A stretch of 63,814 nucleotides of DNA, counting the filler, from Choristocarpus tenellus KU-1152 (Eukaryota; Protista; Phaeophyceae), in NCBI GenBank assembly GCA_964200185.2. It is 11 parts of 11 records of this genome, joined end to end, with 100 filler letters (N's around TTAATTAATTAA, not from the genome) between each part and the next. Parts side by side here need not be neighbours in the genome. Positions count along the whole stretch, not along the records: positions 18,627 to 30,699 come from CAXNAD020001995.1; positions 30,800 to 36,306 come from CAXNAD020010580.1; positions 36,407 to 40,473 come from CAXNAD020016393.1; 8 more parts are not named here. One strand, given 5' to 3'. Positions 24,901 through 38,360 of this stretch are shown here, in pieces. Below the pieces are notes generated by a model, which had not been told where the DNA came from, searched no databases, and worked only from the letters and a program-made list of their open reading frames with translations. The position numbers and the translations under genes were made by a program. The stretch's first letter is position 1. Each line of letters begins with the position of its first letter.

Positions 24901-27900
24901 AGGTTATTATGAATCCAGAAGATTCATTAATCGATCCAAACAAAACGGGACCATGCAATATAAGTCTCAGCTATGACGCTATTTATATTTTGCAGTAACT
25001 TTGCCCAGTATTGAGAGCTCTAGCTCAAGCTGAAAGCTAAGTAGTGTCAAATGCACTATGATTTCCAATTCCCCAGCCTCTTTTTGTGCCAGCACTGAAG
25101 TACATACTCCCATACTAAGTTGCTTTCTGATGACCAATTGGAGCCCTTGAGCAGAAACTTCGACATACAACACTCAACACACGGATTCCCCAGAAGATTG
25201 AAAAAAATGGAACCATTTTTTTGCTTCTTCCAGTGCTTATCCTCCCTGAGCTTGAAGAAATGGGCCACAACTATAAGCGATAAACCTGTATATGCTGAAA
25301 TTTCCACTCACGGACGTTCATGTGGATGAAAATTGTGCACACAAACAGCCAGATTCCTTACTTGTCTAGATCCCCCCGGACAAGGTCGATCATTGCCTCG
25401 ATTTGCCCCAGGCTGAAGTTTAAGAAACTCTCCACTGCTTTTAGAGGCTCCTTTCCCAGGCCCTGTCCTTCTCTTCCCATGGGAACCCCCTCCTTTGAAC
25501 CATCCTTTTCCAGCGGAAAGGCTGATCCTGCATGCTGTACGCTGAGAAGGGCGGAACCAAGATTTCCTGTCCAGAAGATCTCATCCACGACTATAACCAC
25601 CTGGTCAGAGGGGTGGTGAATCTGCCTTGGAGGTGGAAAATAGCTTCAAAGATGAAGGATGGAAGAGAATATTGCAAGTAAAGTGCACTCAAGGCAGAAG
25701 GTATGTTTCCTACATATCTGCTTTGTTACAAATTCTTGTTGGTGCTCATTTTTTCGATCCATGGCGAATCAGTCATAATCGCATCAGAGTAAGGAATTTA
25801 CTTTTGGGTCGAGACAAGATAAAAGTAAATCGCAGAGGATAGTATTGGGAGCTGGAGGTGGAATATGATATTCGTTCTTTCCTGAATATGAAATAGTTGT
25901 CTTTTCCTCGTTCACTACTCAGTCTATGCTTATTATGGCCACCTGAGCTGGGTAGGCCCACAACCACTCTGCCCGATTTATAGCCCCTTCATCATCCAGT
26001 GGATATTCTTGGACAGCCTTTTTTGCATTATCATACAGACAATCTCTCATTGCTTGCTCCACCTATTTGGCACACGGCCAATCCAAAGAATGAGGGAAGT
26101 TAAAATGTTGGGAGGAGTCATTTCTTTATCTGGTCATAGCGTGAGGTCGTGGAAGGCAAAGAGGTTATTGGGCTTCTGTCGAGCAAGGATGAGAAATATT
26201 GCAGACTGTTGGAGAGCTAGAGGCTGCTAATCATACCGACTACCAAGCCTACTACCATCTGCGAGGGGGTATAGATTCATTGGTTCTGGTGGCAGAGTCA
26301 TCGGCATCAATAACGCGAAATTGACAAGAAGATGAGAGGTACTGAATAGAGGATGCATAAGCAGCATCACCTTTTTTCTTCAGTCTTGCAGGTTCTCTCA
26401 CCACCCCCCAAAACCCAACTAAAGGGTTGTCTACAAACAGTAGAAAGTGTGCTCGAAGTACTGTACTTCGTGGTGGTACTTCCTCTACTTTCACCACAAA
26501 TGATATAAATATATATATATGTGCACCCTAGTTAATCCGAAATACCTCATTGGAGGTGTATCTCAACTAAATTTGTGAAGCAGTGAAAATGTGTGAGATC
26601 ATTCCCACTTCTGCCTCCCTGCTCATTTTGATATGCTGAAGATTTTGTCGAGCAGATAATATTTTATTGCTACAGGTCTACTCCTCAAAACCAGTAAGAA
26701 ATGCCGGATTTTGCATTAGAGGTGAGGATCACCCTTTCATTGCCTAATGCAGGCTCTATATGCTGCCCCACAGGTGCAACAAGAAGCTGACGGACAAACT
26801 TTGAATTGATATATGTTATATTGAACATAAATGCCCTTGTGGCACAGGTATATGCTCTATCTTTTAAGTCGAAACAACATATTTACTCTTCAAATCCATA
26901 CACAAGCATATCCTCTAGTTGTATTCTTCCTTCCGATTCATCAGGCATTGCATCAACCTGGATCGATCTAACTATAGATCCTGTGTATGCTGGAAAATAT
27001 TATAGAGAGTGCCAATACAATGCTTACTCTGTTCCTGCATCGTATCCCTCACATTTCCCTCCCCAAGGCTATCAACATTTTTCCAGGTACTCTCACCTGA
27101 CTTAACCACGACTCCACAGCCCCCTCAGCCTTGACAGAACCCCTGGTAAAACCTACATACTCTCCGCCTGGATCCTGGAAACAGTGACAAGGAATGTGTA
27201 GAGTATTGCAGAGCAGAATACAGCGCATTTATTGTTTCTACTTCATGGAGAAAGTGGTTGACACGATAAGGAGGTATTCGCATTTGAATGGTACAGGTAA
27301 AGAGGGTCTTGAACCACTGGCACACGGTTTGTCAAAGTTTCCTTTGAATATTGTTTTGTTGTTCCATGTCAATGAATAACCATGACGAACATATGAACCT
27401 CAATTTTCATGGCAATGGTGTATTCTAGAAATACAAGAATGTTGTCTTATGCATCATTCTGATGACTGCATCTTAAGACCACATTATACCATGAGCTGCA
27501 TATAACAAGTATAACTATGCATGGGATCAGGGGCTCTACAAACTTATCCGTGTAGCTTGTTTTGGTGAGATAAGGAAAGGGGAAATCGTGACTGGGAGGG
27601 GCTGCCCTAGCAACTTCTGAGGAGGAGAGCTGGCGTAAATTGATGTAGTGCATATTTGGTGAGAAAATATGTCATCTAATTGTTTTTTGCTATGATGTAT
27701 CGAAATTTGAGAGGTATGAAAAGGCTACCAGTTTCACAATACTCAACAATTCTCTATTAGCTCAAGTCAGATATCCTTAATTGAGCTCACCCTAAACCTA
27801 CAGTACATCCCATACAAGAGCAACTATGTTGCATTTCAAGGCTCAAATATCGGAGTACATCAATATCATCGCACGAGGAGCTGCTGGTTTATTGATAGCT

Positions 27901-30028
27901 CAGTGAATGTGGTCTCAGGTCGTCTGATCTTGTTGCTGTGTGCTCTGTTCAGCTTCAACTAATTTCCAAACCTAACCCTAAGTGTATCACACATTGAATG
28001 CCATATAAGATTGTATGGTCTCTTGCCTTGAATCCTAGAATATCGGTAGTCCCACTCCCCTCCCCGAAGCGGATGCTTTTGATAGCATCGAAACACTTGG
28101 ACATATGTGGTTGCACCGAACGTGGATCACGAGTCTGAGACAGGATCTCTAGCAGCTCATCATTAGAAAGGAAATAGAACCTTGAAATGGACACAAGCAT
28201 GTAGAGCAGACTTTTTATAAAGTTACACTCGGAATCAAGGTTGAGGGTGTGATGTGGGCTACGATCAGATGCTGCATGGATAGGGCATGGAATTGGGGGC
28301 AGCATGAGACCTTGATTCTGCCTGCCTGTCATGCATAAGAGCAGGTAGAAAGTATGATAATATCCTTCCCTTTCATGTTAATATTTTTTTCTCAGGTTGT
28401 TCGGGCCTTATTTGATGACTTCACTGACAAGAAAACTAGAAGAGGGTAATGAGATTGGCAAAAAACAGAAATTTGTGTGTGTGTGTGTGTGTGTGTGCAT
28501 GTGATTTCTTCTTGTATTGATTCAAATTAAGCAAGAGGCACCCAGAGTTACTTTATTAGCATGCCAGCAAACACGTGCAAAAGTCAATTTTTTTGCAAAT
28601 GCGTATAGGATATTTTCCAAATTGTGTCGAAATTTTTCAAACAATAGAGAAATCGTCCCTCTCAAATCAAACTTAGCACTTCATCCATAGAAATATGAGT
28701 GAATTGCCAATGATTGATAAACTGATTTATAATGCAAAACGACCAAAAAAATGGGCACCTTTCACTTGCTTTGGCTCACTACATGCACATTCTCATAGCC
28801 GTGATGTGATCAGATCACTTGCCCACTTTCTTCATTGCCTGTCCAAGGCGTGTAATGTGCATGGGTAAGGATGAAAGTATCAACTATATCTAGCACTCTG
28901 GCACTTCACCTAGGAAAAGCCATTCGCTTTGTTTCCAGGTACTCCTCCAGGCTCTTCTGGATCTCCTCTAATATTTTGTTTGCACTCTGGAAGGATGCCC
29001 AGAAGGGTGAACATAGTGTAAATTAGCATCAAGGTTGAGCAGCATGTGAAGTGAAGGTCCCGTATGGCATTGCGATGCTATGCGATTATATGTGATTGCT
29101 GCTGCGTCATTGTAGAAAAGAGGAAAGTATTGTGTGCGAAAGAAGGTCTAATGCGTGACTAAGACATCCAATTCAAGACAACAGACTCAGAGCTAGAACA
29201 ACATCATTGGATGACAACATTGCTACCTTTGGCACTATGCATGCATGTATGTATGCATATATACTGGGTGTAGAATGTACTCCTCGAATGCCATGAAGGC
29301 CACTGAATATGCACCTGAAACTCTCCCAGATAGTTCTTGCCCTCCACCATGCAGTTGAGTACAAGAGGATCCAAATGAGTCGTACTCATTACAGACTGCA
29401 GGAATTTCGCCAATACAGACAGATAGACCAGATTGATTGATAGATAGATAGAGAGAGAGAGAAGTAGAGCAGAGAGAGTTAAGTTTGGGTTCATGTAGAG
29501 ATAAATCTGGTTCAAGGAGATATTGGAACGTTTCATCCTTTGAAATCATGCTATCAGGACCATGTTCCCTTCTATTTATTTTGCCACTTGCCGTTGTTGA
29601 TTGCTTCATTCAAACACTCCTTGTCCAACTTTGCAGATTCCTCACTTCACTGCGCTATATGATCCCTCTCCATTCCCTACATATACAATAACTCCTCACC
29701 TTCACCTTCTTCAATCACACCACACATCATCCTCAGTCCAGGTGCAAAAATATTTCTAGGTTCTTACTCGAGTTTTCCCTGGCCATCCTATCCTTCCCCC
29801 AACCCATCTTCCCTTCCTTCCCAGCCACCTTAGTCCCAGCCCAAGTTCATCTTGTTTTACCTTCCAGAGTTTGTCTACACCAGCGAACTTAGCAGCCTCG
29901 ATTGGTAGCTGCTTCTGTATGTCCTCAGCACAGAATATTGTTTCTAGGTACATCCAGTTGCGCTGTACTGCAATCCACTCGTCCAGAGTCTCCCCCAGCA
30001 ACCCAAGCTTCTTCGCCCATGTTTCCAC
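18988..30028 (-). CDS. DNAH6: Axonemal inner-arm dynein heavy chain (DNAH6-like), internal fragment covering the linker and AAA1
   Basis: About 15 exons, approx. 30028-29861, 29395-29315, 28986-28910, 28180-28027, 27174-27097, 26062-25943, 25600-25362, 24713-24578, 23969-23791, 23564-23397, 22365-22213, 21936-21850, 21694-21579, 20621-20526, 19152-18988. Motifs: [34 protein letters not shown]-loop [86 protein letters not shown]. Subtype is from recalled similarity. Confidence 0.93.
20902..21159 (-). mobile_element. MITE family A inside a dynein intron
   Basis: GAGTGAAAGTATCTTAGAGGGTA...TACCCTCTAAGATACTTTGGCTC, 258 bp. TSD ambiguous (AGAG with a 1-nt slip). Confidence 0.88.
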
Positions 30029-30655
30029 CTTTTTGGGGTGAAACAAGTGGTCGGTGTGGATAGACTCAAGGATGAGGGATAAGACCACATCATTGCCGAA
30101 AAAGACCCAAATCACACATGTGCCTGTCCTCATGATTTTATCTGGCACCCACGCAACAGAAATACAAAGTTCCTGTAGATAGGATTATAGTAAGGTCTTA
30201 ATTCACACTGCTTAACATTGAAGTTGGAATGCTGATTATAATCCATTGACTATGTATGAACCACATGAATTCTGTGGTGTAGTCAGTGTGGAGCTAAGTG
30301 GATGTGGATGTTGAGAGTGTAAGATGAGGAAAAGTGCCCAAGTCTCGTTCTTGCAGTTATAGTCTCATCTCAGGTCAAAGATACCAGATCTGGCCAATGT
30401 GTCTCAAGCTTGGTCGTGTTGTTCTCTAGCCCTCAACAGCTCAGAGAATTCCTACAGAACTCTCTGGCTTCCTTTGTTTAGAATGTGCTGGTTCTTTAGG
30501 TTTTCGTTTTTCTCATTTGAATCTTTCCTCCTGTTGATTTTTCTTGTGTTCCAATTTCCTTTTGTGTAATATATTAGGAGGGGTGTTCGGGTTGGATGTA
30601 CTGGATGAGTGACCCTTAATTTTTATTTTCCGCCTTTTCCTACAAAACCTGGTGA

Positions 30656-30699
30656 GGGTCAAAGTATCTGGGGGTGGGGGGTCTGCGTCCGTTTTTCAC
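30656..30699 (+). mobile_element. Contig-edge MITE terminus (GGGTCAAAGTATCTGGGGG variant)
   Basis: Shares the AAAGTATCT core, G-tract and GCGTCC subterminal motif with families A and B. Confidence 0.55.
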
Positions 30700-31195
30700 N
30701 NNNNNNNNNNNNNNNNNNNNNNNNNNNNNNNNNNNNNNNNNNNTTAATTAATTAANNNNNNNNNNNNNNNNNNNNNNNNNNNNNNNNNNNNNNNNNNNNA
30801 CCGTCCGGTTTGGCTGACCAGCCCGACTCCCGAGGCCCGAAATACTGCGTTATGGGGTGGGAGCGAAGGGGGGGGGGGGGGGGAGGGGAAAGGACGGAAA
30901 AGGCACGTGTGAGGAGGCAATTCTGGATAGTTGTCTATCTTGAAAGGTCACTGTCAACCAAGAGTCTACTTGCAATATGTCATTATCTATATTCTTAAAT
31001 ATTCATGCACCTAAAGGTATCATCGTACATAAAGAGTCCTAAAGAGGTTGCGGTTGATTGGTTCATGAGACAGCATGAGATTGTGGGAAGCCATTGCTAT
31101 AGGGTGATATAAAGTAGTATCAAATTAACAACATCAGGAAATCCGACTATATTTCATGCTTCAAATTTGATGCAATCTCGCTAAATAAAAATAAT

Positions 31196-31480
31196 GAGTG
31201 AAGTATCTTATTAAGAGAGGGTACGAGTTTCGCCCCGTTTGTCCATTTGGGGCTTGGCTTCCCATGTATTTTTTGATGACATTTTCCTACTCCAAAATGT
31301 TTAGGAGTAGGTAAAATGTATACATTATAAAATAAAATGTGTACGTTATGAAACGGTGTGTCTGAAACAAGGATATTGGCATGTCCTAACAAACACGATA
31401 GCCAAAATTACATCAAAATCATAACATTTGGTTTTGACCCCCAAATGGACGCAGCTCTACCCTCTAAGATACTTTTGCTC
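31196..31480 (-). mobile_element. MITE family A with small internal duplications
   Basis: GAGTGAAGTATCTTA...TACCCTCTAAGATACTTTTGCTC; perfect TSD TAAT (31192-31195 / 31481-31484). Confidence 0.88.
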
Positions 31481-33022
31481 TAATACCACCAATTGCTGAA
31501 TTTCCCAGTGCTGTGAATCAAAAGCCTGGGGATGCATTATTTGTAGGTATAGTAACCTTGAAAATGCTCAATGTCCTTGACTGATTCAAATCATTCACGG
31601 CAAAGCGCCCCCCGGCCAGTGGGGGGCCCACCCATAGGCACGAAAACTTCGACTCTCAATAAGATTTGTGTGCCCTTTTACTACCAACCAGAATCACCAT
31701 CTTCTCAAATGTGAAACACAGGTTCCTAACCCATATGATGGTCGCAGAAGACTGAACATAATTTTTTATAGTGAAGAAAGAGTATTGACTGTTTATATAG
31801 TGGTAGTGCATATTACCCAATCTGAGGTTTGTATCTTCTATTCCCATCCAAGTTTCCGAATATCATCAAAGAGAAGAAAAAATATAACAATCACAATGAC
31901 TGTGTCTAATGGAATACTTAGTACAACCAACCTACTACACAACAAAGACCTGTATCCTCTGCAACACTCAACATCTGTTCGTTTTGATTTTTTTTGACCT
32001 CGTGATAGAAGAAGCAGATGAGGTAACTGTACTTCTAGACTCCTACGAGCAGCACTATGAGTCCCAACCCTAGAAGCTGTGACTAGACTCCAGCCTTCAG
32101 GTGATAGCCGCGTTTTGACCATCCTTGTAGCCTGCTATACATCCACCTTCGGCCAGGTGTTGTGCAGGAGGATGAAGAGTTGCATGTGACATTGCCAGGG
32201 ACCGACTTGACTCTCTTAGGTGCTACTTTTCTCCCATATTTGAGAACTTGCGCTCCCTGCTTGCCTGTTAATCAGGAAGTTTGACCAAGCGTGGTATGCT
32301 GAAGCCCTCTCCTGCAGCCACTTAAGAGAGACCATCGAAACCTCTACTCTCAATGATCACTCTAGATCCTGTTGCTCGTTGCAAGGCATCAAATTTCCCT
32401 AGTGCCGACTGCTGCACATACCCCCCCTAATTCGTGTATCTGAAAGAATCACCAAAATGGAGTCATCAACTCACGGGCGTTCATGGTTAGCCATGACTTC
32501 ATTTGTCCTTTCTTCTATTGGTCCGTGAGGTGAACTTCAGACTCTGATTCCTTCTCATCGTTTCTATCCCCCCATTTGTCTTCCTCAGGGCCATGCTCCA
32601 CATGTGTCAGGACATAGTCAGCAGATGGAGCTCCAAAGTCTCCTGAGGCTCCAGGTACACTCATCGTAGCCATGGAAAATTCCACTTTCAGCGTTTTAGG
32701 GACCTAGTCCATGGCTTCTATTTCTCAAAGTAGAAAGATGCGGAAAAAAGATTGACAAAGCGCTATATTTTTCGATTCTATTTTCGACATATATTATTAT
32801 TTAGATTATTATTTATACCAAATCACTTCGGTTGAACTACTACTACGATCCACAACGGTAGAACTTTTATCTACATTATTAGATTTAAATGAGATTTCTA
32901 AAACAAATATGCTCGCATTTTACTTCCCCCTAAGGCAATAGAGAAAGAGAGAAAGAGTTGTGCAGCCAATAGTGTCACCAATGGACACCTCCAAGTACAC
33001 TAGCGCTCCAAAATAGACTAAC

Positions 33023-34462
33023 CTGTACACAACATCCATCCCATGGAGTACCTGACCAAAGACCACATGCCTTCTGTCCAGCCATGGACACTCCACCGTG
33101 CACAAAAAGAACTGGCTCCTGTTGGAGTCCGGTCCAGAGTTCGCCATGCTGAGCACCTAGTGGGACAGCGTGATGGAGTAGGAGGGGTCTGTTGTTGAGC
33201 AGGCACCACACACTGAGCAGGTGTAGCATCATTTTGTTAGCCATAATCTCTTCACTTCTTTAATCCGTTGTGTTGTGTGTATGGTATCATAGTTGTGAGT
33301 CGTAGTTTCTTAGAGGGAGATCAATTTAGTCCCTTTTAATCACAAGGGGCGTACCAAATCTTCTGCCTGGAATGCAGGTAACCCTAACCCTAAGTTTTTT
33401 GTGTTCATAAGAGGAAATGAGTGTCCATCAACATAGGCACGAAATCGCTCTGCAGAGTGCTAGGAGTAGATGTATCACAGAAAATTTCATGGAGGCCCCA
33501 TATACTTAACAACACCCCATTCTCTCTCTAGGCTCTGCACTAATTGAATGTTTTACATACTACTGCTCCTCAGGTCAGGGCTATGCACAGGCAGGCATCC
33601 GTGGAGTGTTGTAGGTGTTTGTGTACATGCTGCCGATAAGGACAATGGAGGATTATATTGGCAGTACAGGTTGAAGCTTCTGTTTTGCACAGCAATAACA
33701 TGCTCCAGGTATTGAATACTCCCCCTGGCCTTGTACCTCAATAATTACGGTCCTGCAGTGTGGCTACTCACAGCAAAGAGTTGAACACCTACACCAGGAC
33801 CTGGGAACAGAAAATACACAACACCTTGTGTCTTCCGTCTCATCCTTTCTCCTTCCCTATTGCATGATGGATCTATTTTCTTCTTTTGAAGATATCGACT
33901 GTTCACCTTCTGGAAAATGGCCATATTCATGAAACTGAATGATTACTACAAAATGCACCCAGGAAAATTTGTAGATTGATGATGCCAATGATCTTTACAT
34001 GTATGTAGTCAAAGGCATAGAAGGTAGGGGACATGGTTCAAAAATCGGAATTTGTACCACTACTACAGCTAGTGTATTTCTTGCATTGAGTAAATCAATG
34101 CAGTGTCATTGCTCTGTAGAATCTCCAACCATGTCAAACTCGATGCAATACCCAACCAACATCAATGTAGATATCTCCCTCTTTTTCAATCTGGGTAGAA
34201 ACTTTGGATGAAAATAAAAGGGTATAAAGTTGGACAGGTAGATATCCCTAGCAACGAAATGTTTTTCCCCTGAACTCACTCCAGGCCCTATGTGCCGAAG
34301 GGTGCCCATGTCCTCATCTTTGAACTTCCCTCCATATATGGACTCTCCACCGGTCCCATCACCAGCCGTGAAGTCTCCTCCCTGTATCATGAAGTTGGGT
34401 ACAGCACGGTGAAAGGAAGATCCCTTGTAGGTGAGGAGTTCTCCGCTGTCCTTGCCAATCCC
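33023..34462 (-). CDS. Cyclophilin-type peptidyl-prolyl cis-trans isomerase, two internal exons
   Basis: Exon 34462-34280 ([41 protein letters not shown]) and exon 33156-33023 ([36 protein letters not shown]), GT-AG and in phase. First and last exons were not confidently located. Confidence 0.88.
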
Positions 34463-34932
34463 CTGGTAACAAAAAACATGCATGTGTTGTGGGTGGTGAT
34501 TGGGTGTGCTAACTTAGCTTCGGCACAGGGGGAGGGGGAGACGAACTGACTGTCAGCACAGTCCACTCCTGAGAATAGAACGCTCCTCCAGAGATCGTCA
34601 TCTGACTTGTTGTTGAATTTGTGGGGAATTGCTTTGAAAAGGTCTTTGATTCCATTAGATGTTTGCTACAAGTAAGAGAGCTCAGGTCTTTTGATATCTA
34701 CTCATAAGAGCATCTACCTTGGCAGGTAAATATTTCTCGCTGTTTTTTTTTTTCTGACGGACTCTTTACGTTTTGGGGGGGTGCAATGATACCTTCGCAA
34801 TTCGCTGTAGAAAAGACACTACACTCCAAAGTGCAATGGAAAATAGATGATTGTTGGCCTCCAGTAGCATTGGTTTTGGCATGGGTATTCTCCTCAAACA
34901 CAGAGTTGAAGCGATAGTTGTGGACAAGATTG

Positions 34933-35190
34933 GAGTGGAAGTATCTTGGAGGGTACTAGTTTTGCCCTGTTTGTCAATTTGGGACTTGGCTTCCCACGGG
35001 TTTTTAATGACATTTTCCTACTCCAAAATACTTCAGAGTAGATAAAATGTGCATGTTATGAAAAGGTGTGTCCAGAACATGGATATTGACACTTCCTAAC
35101 AAACACGATAGCCAAAATTACATCAAAATTGCAATATTGGATATTGGCACCCAAAAGGACGCAGCTTTACCCTCTAAGGTACTTTGACTC
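34933..35190 (-). mobile_element. MITE family A (258 bp)
   Basis: GAGTGGAAGTATCTTGGAGGGTA...TACCCTCTAAGGTACTTTGACTC; flanks ATTG / ATCA. Confidence 0.88.
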
Positions 35191-36260
35191 ATCACGTAGA
35201 GTCGACACCAGCACAGTTGGTGTCCAAGCAGCTGAACTAAGAGACTCCTTTAAAACATCTGTTTCTTCCCAAAAGGACTGAATGGCCAATCTCCCTTTTC
35301 CAGGTACATAGTCAAAACCCGAAACATTCAAGCTTCAACTCGATCTATTGGCACACTCAAGACATAACCCTTATTTGTAAAGCCCATACAATACTAGGAC
35401 ACATGTGCAACACTTTAAAAAAAAAGTGATTAAATCGTTTTAGAGGTATAGGCAACAGGGTATTTTCTAGACGACAGATGAAATGATGCTGCAGAGCAAA
35501 AGTCCCCAACCGTTGTCCTAAAAAAATCGCACGTTTCAGACAGGGCATCCAGGACAATAGGCGCTATAGATCAAGTGCCCCTGAGCGATGTCTAGCACGA
35601 TTTATGTCATAGACCGAATGACTCTGAGTGTTGTCCTTGGTAACATAAGCTACTGTCAAACAGGATCTAAGGGTTATCCTGGTTGGAGGTTACACATGCA
35701 CGGTTGATGCTCCTAAGTGCTAAGGAACCTACTCAGTTTCTGCAGCACGATGTGTGGTACCAGATACTGTGATTAAAAATATATATATATACAGATACTG
35801 CATCGCATGACGTGTTACGCACACGGGCTGAAAAAAAAAGAAGGAATTTGTTACTTCCAAAGTTAAATCTGTAATCCTGATGTGATAGCACCATGGGAAT
35901 CGTAGCCTTTGAGACACTATGACAAAGTAAACGAAAGGTACCCCCAGACTCTTCCCGTGTTGCATTTATAGCCAGTTTTCTCACTTTGCGCATTTAACCC
36001 ATGTTTTTACGGACGAAGTGGTAAGTTTGACTTTGGGAGTGTTGATTTCTCTATTTTCGACACAATTCCAAAAAATACCCCATACGCAGTTGTAAGAAAA
36101 GCACAATTTTGGGCATTTTTTTCTCAGCATCCTTTTAATGTTTTTTTTTGGGGGGGGTACCTCATATTTTCTTCGACTATTTTCTAGTTCCTTGGAGGAA
36201 AGATATTTCCACTTGTCTAAATTCAGCAAACCATTCCATACACTTGTCAGAACATATAAT

Positions 36261-36446
36261 GGCTCAAAGTATCTGGGGGGGGGGAGGGGGGGGGGTGTCA
36301 TTTCGTNNNNNNNNNNNNNNNNNNNNNNNNNNNNNNNNNNNNNNNNNNNNTTAATTAATTAANNNNNNNNNNNNNNNNNNNNNNNNNNNNNNNNNNNNNN
36401 NNNNNNCTGGTGTAGACCCCCTCCCCCCCCCCAGATACTTTGGGTC
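36261..36446 (-). mobile_element. MITE family B termini on both sides of a linker
   Basis: GGCTCAAAGTATCTGGGG (36261) and CCCCAGATACTTTGGGTC (to 36446). Flanks TAAT/GTAG do not match, so these may be two different copies. Confidence 0.7.
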
Positions 36447-36479
36447 GTAGGGGGGAGAGAAGCGGGAGGATATAGGAGG

Positions 36480-36635
36480 AAATGAGTAGTCAAATTCTGG
36501 CTACGCCAAATTGTCTCGGTAACTAAGCAAGCGGCACTGCCTAGAGGTGTCATGCGTTTTAAGCTGGAATCACCAGGGAGATGGGCACGGAGGGGTTTAT
36601 TGGATTCTTGGGATGCCTCCCTAGCTCCTCCCCCC
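36480..36635 (-). repeat. Dispersed ~150-bp repeat (possible LTR segment); inverted copy at about 51790-51945
   Basis: GTGTCATGCGTTTTAAGCTGGA..GATGGGCA..GGATTCTTGGGATG matches the reverse complement of CATCCCAAGAATC..GCCCATC..TCCAGCTTAAAACGCATGACAC. Confidence 0.7.
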
Positions 36636-36949
36636 AGGGCACAAGTATAGGTAGATTGGAGACACAGGAAGGCAGTAGTACAGCATAAATAGCGAAGTAA
36701 CGAATATTTGATCTTTCACATGTATGACATTATATTTCTTTAGGACTTATTATACTGACAATATGTATAATTTTCATTGATTTCCCCTTGACAGATCTCC
36801 AAAATGTCAGAGGGCATAATAATAAAAACGGTAAAATATGATCCCAACCGATAAACTAACATTGCACTTCTTCTCATAACAACAACTAACTGTTGCACTA
36901 CAACTAATTTAATTATACACCTCTGTTCCTACCTGCCTCCTCGCATGTT

Positions 36950-38360
36950 GGTTTCAGCACCCCACCAGTCGTTGGTCCATCTCTTTCCTCGAATGTTCTT
37001 GCCCCAACTTTTCTCCATCTTGGTCTTGATTCGGCATTTTTGTTGTATTGTATAGACAAGATACAATTGTATATTCCATTTTACTTTCTACATCAAGAAC
37101 GAAACAAGAAATAAGATTTTCGTGAAAAGAAGTCTGGCATTCAAGGTGTTCCAACGACCTCCAATTATATATAACTACTGACATAGCAGGACATCCTATT
37201 TTGTTATTACGATGACTATTTAAATCTTAATTTCCATTTTTGATATAATGAACATATTAGTGTGACCAGGGATTCCAGATCTGAATTTGGACGAAAAGAT
37301 GTTAATTGACATCAAGAGGGGTTGAAAATAGGTATCCAGGACCATGAAAGAAAACACATGAATGAAAGAAAAAAAAGAAAATAGGAACAGAAATCTTACA
37401 ATAAACCATCGTTGCACATCACCAACAAAACATGAGGAGAACAGAAGAAAGAAAACGAAGAACAGATACAAGATATTAAGCCAAAGAAAATAGCGCTTAC
37501 CAAGTAGTGATGGTAGTGGTATTGGTCGCTCGGACGATCTTAACTCCTGCTTTGAAGTGACGTGCATTAAAAAACATTCAGAGCTTCTTGGATGCCGTTC
37601 CGCCATGAACGTCGTCGTCATTTGCTACACACTTATATACCACTACTGTTGGATAGTGACTCTCATCATGCTCGAACCTTCAACTCCAATCCCAAACTCG
37701 TCAAGGTCGTATTGCAGACATATCCACCAGCTCTTCTCCTGTCCAACATGCTTCCGCTTTTCATCCGCAAGATACCCAAATATCAATATCGCCAGAAGTT
37801 GCTCATCTCCCATGCGAGCAACTGACCTAGCAAACAGGAGAGTCCAATTGAGCACCATTGCCTCGATACTCGCACACCCAGTCTTCACAAGGGCACACTT
37901 GTAGGATATGAAACGATCGGTGAGTTCCCGTTTGCGGAAACCTATGCAGCAGAGGAAGACTCTGCGGTGATGTGAGCGGAGGTTCAGATAATGAACCTGA
38001 CGCTGTTATCAAGAACTTGACTATGTCTGTGACGACAACTCCGACCTTTCTGAATATTCTGGGTGATCTCAACTGTTGGTGGTATTTTCACTGGTGGTTA
38101 TTTCTCCAAGATAAACAAACTTATCGATGTAAACAAACGTATCGATGTGCTTGTACGTCTGTTTCAATGCCTGAATGTGCATGGTGTCCACGTTCTGAGT
38201 AGGAGGACGAAGACACTTAGCTCTATAATATCGATGAAGTCAGACCGAATAATCTGGTCACCTTCACAAGTATTGTAATTATTATCATCACCAAACCTTA
38301 CTGCGTCTTGGACAAATTGCCCACATCATCAACATATGGTATACCCCGCAGAAGTCGCTG
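36950..38360 (-). mobile_element. Decayed Copia-like gag-pol remnant
   Basis: Minus-strand order: knuckle-like FCGVYH...CP (about 38330), LLHRF (pre-integrase-like, about 37940), LIFGYLA.EKRK (post-integrase, about 37770), NWRSLEHLECQTSFH (RT W..HQLDVKTAFL-like, about 37140). Integrase before RT is the Copia order. Confidence 0.5.

Noticed and set aside
33425-33470. Cyclophilin N-terminal-like SAERFRA peptide
   Set aside because: It lies in the intron between the two core exons, in the wrong order and preceded by a stop; probably chance.
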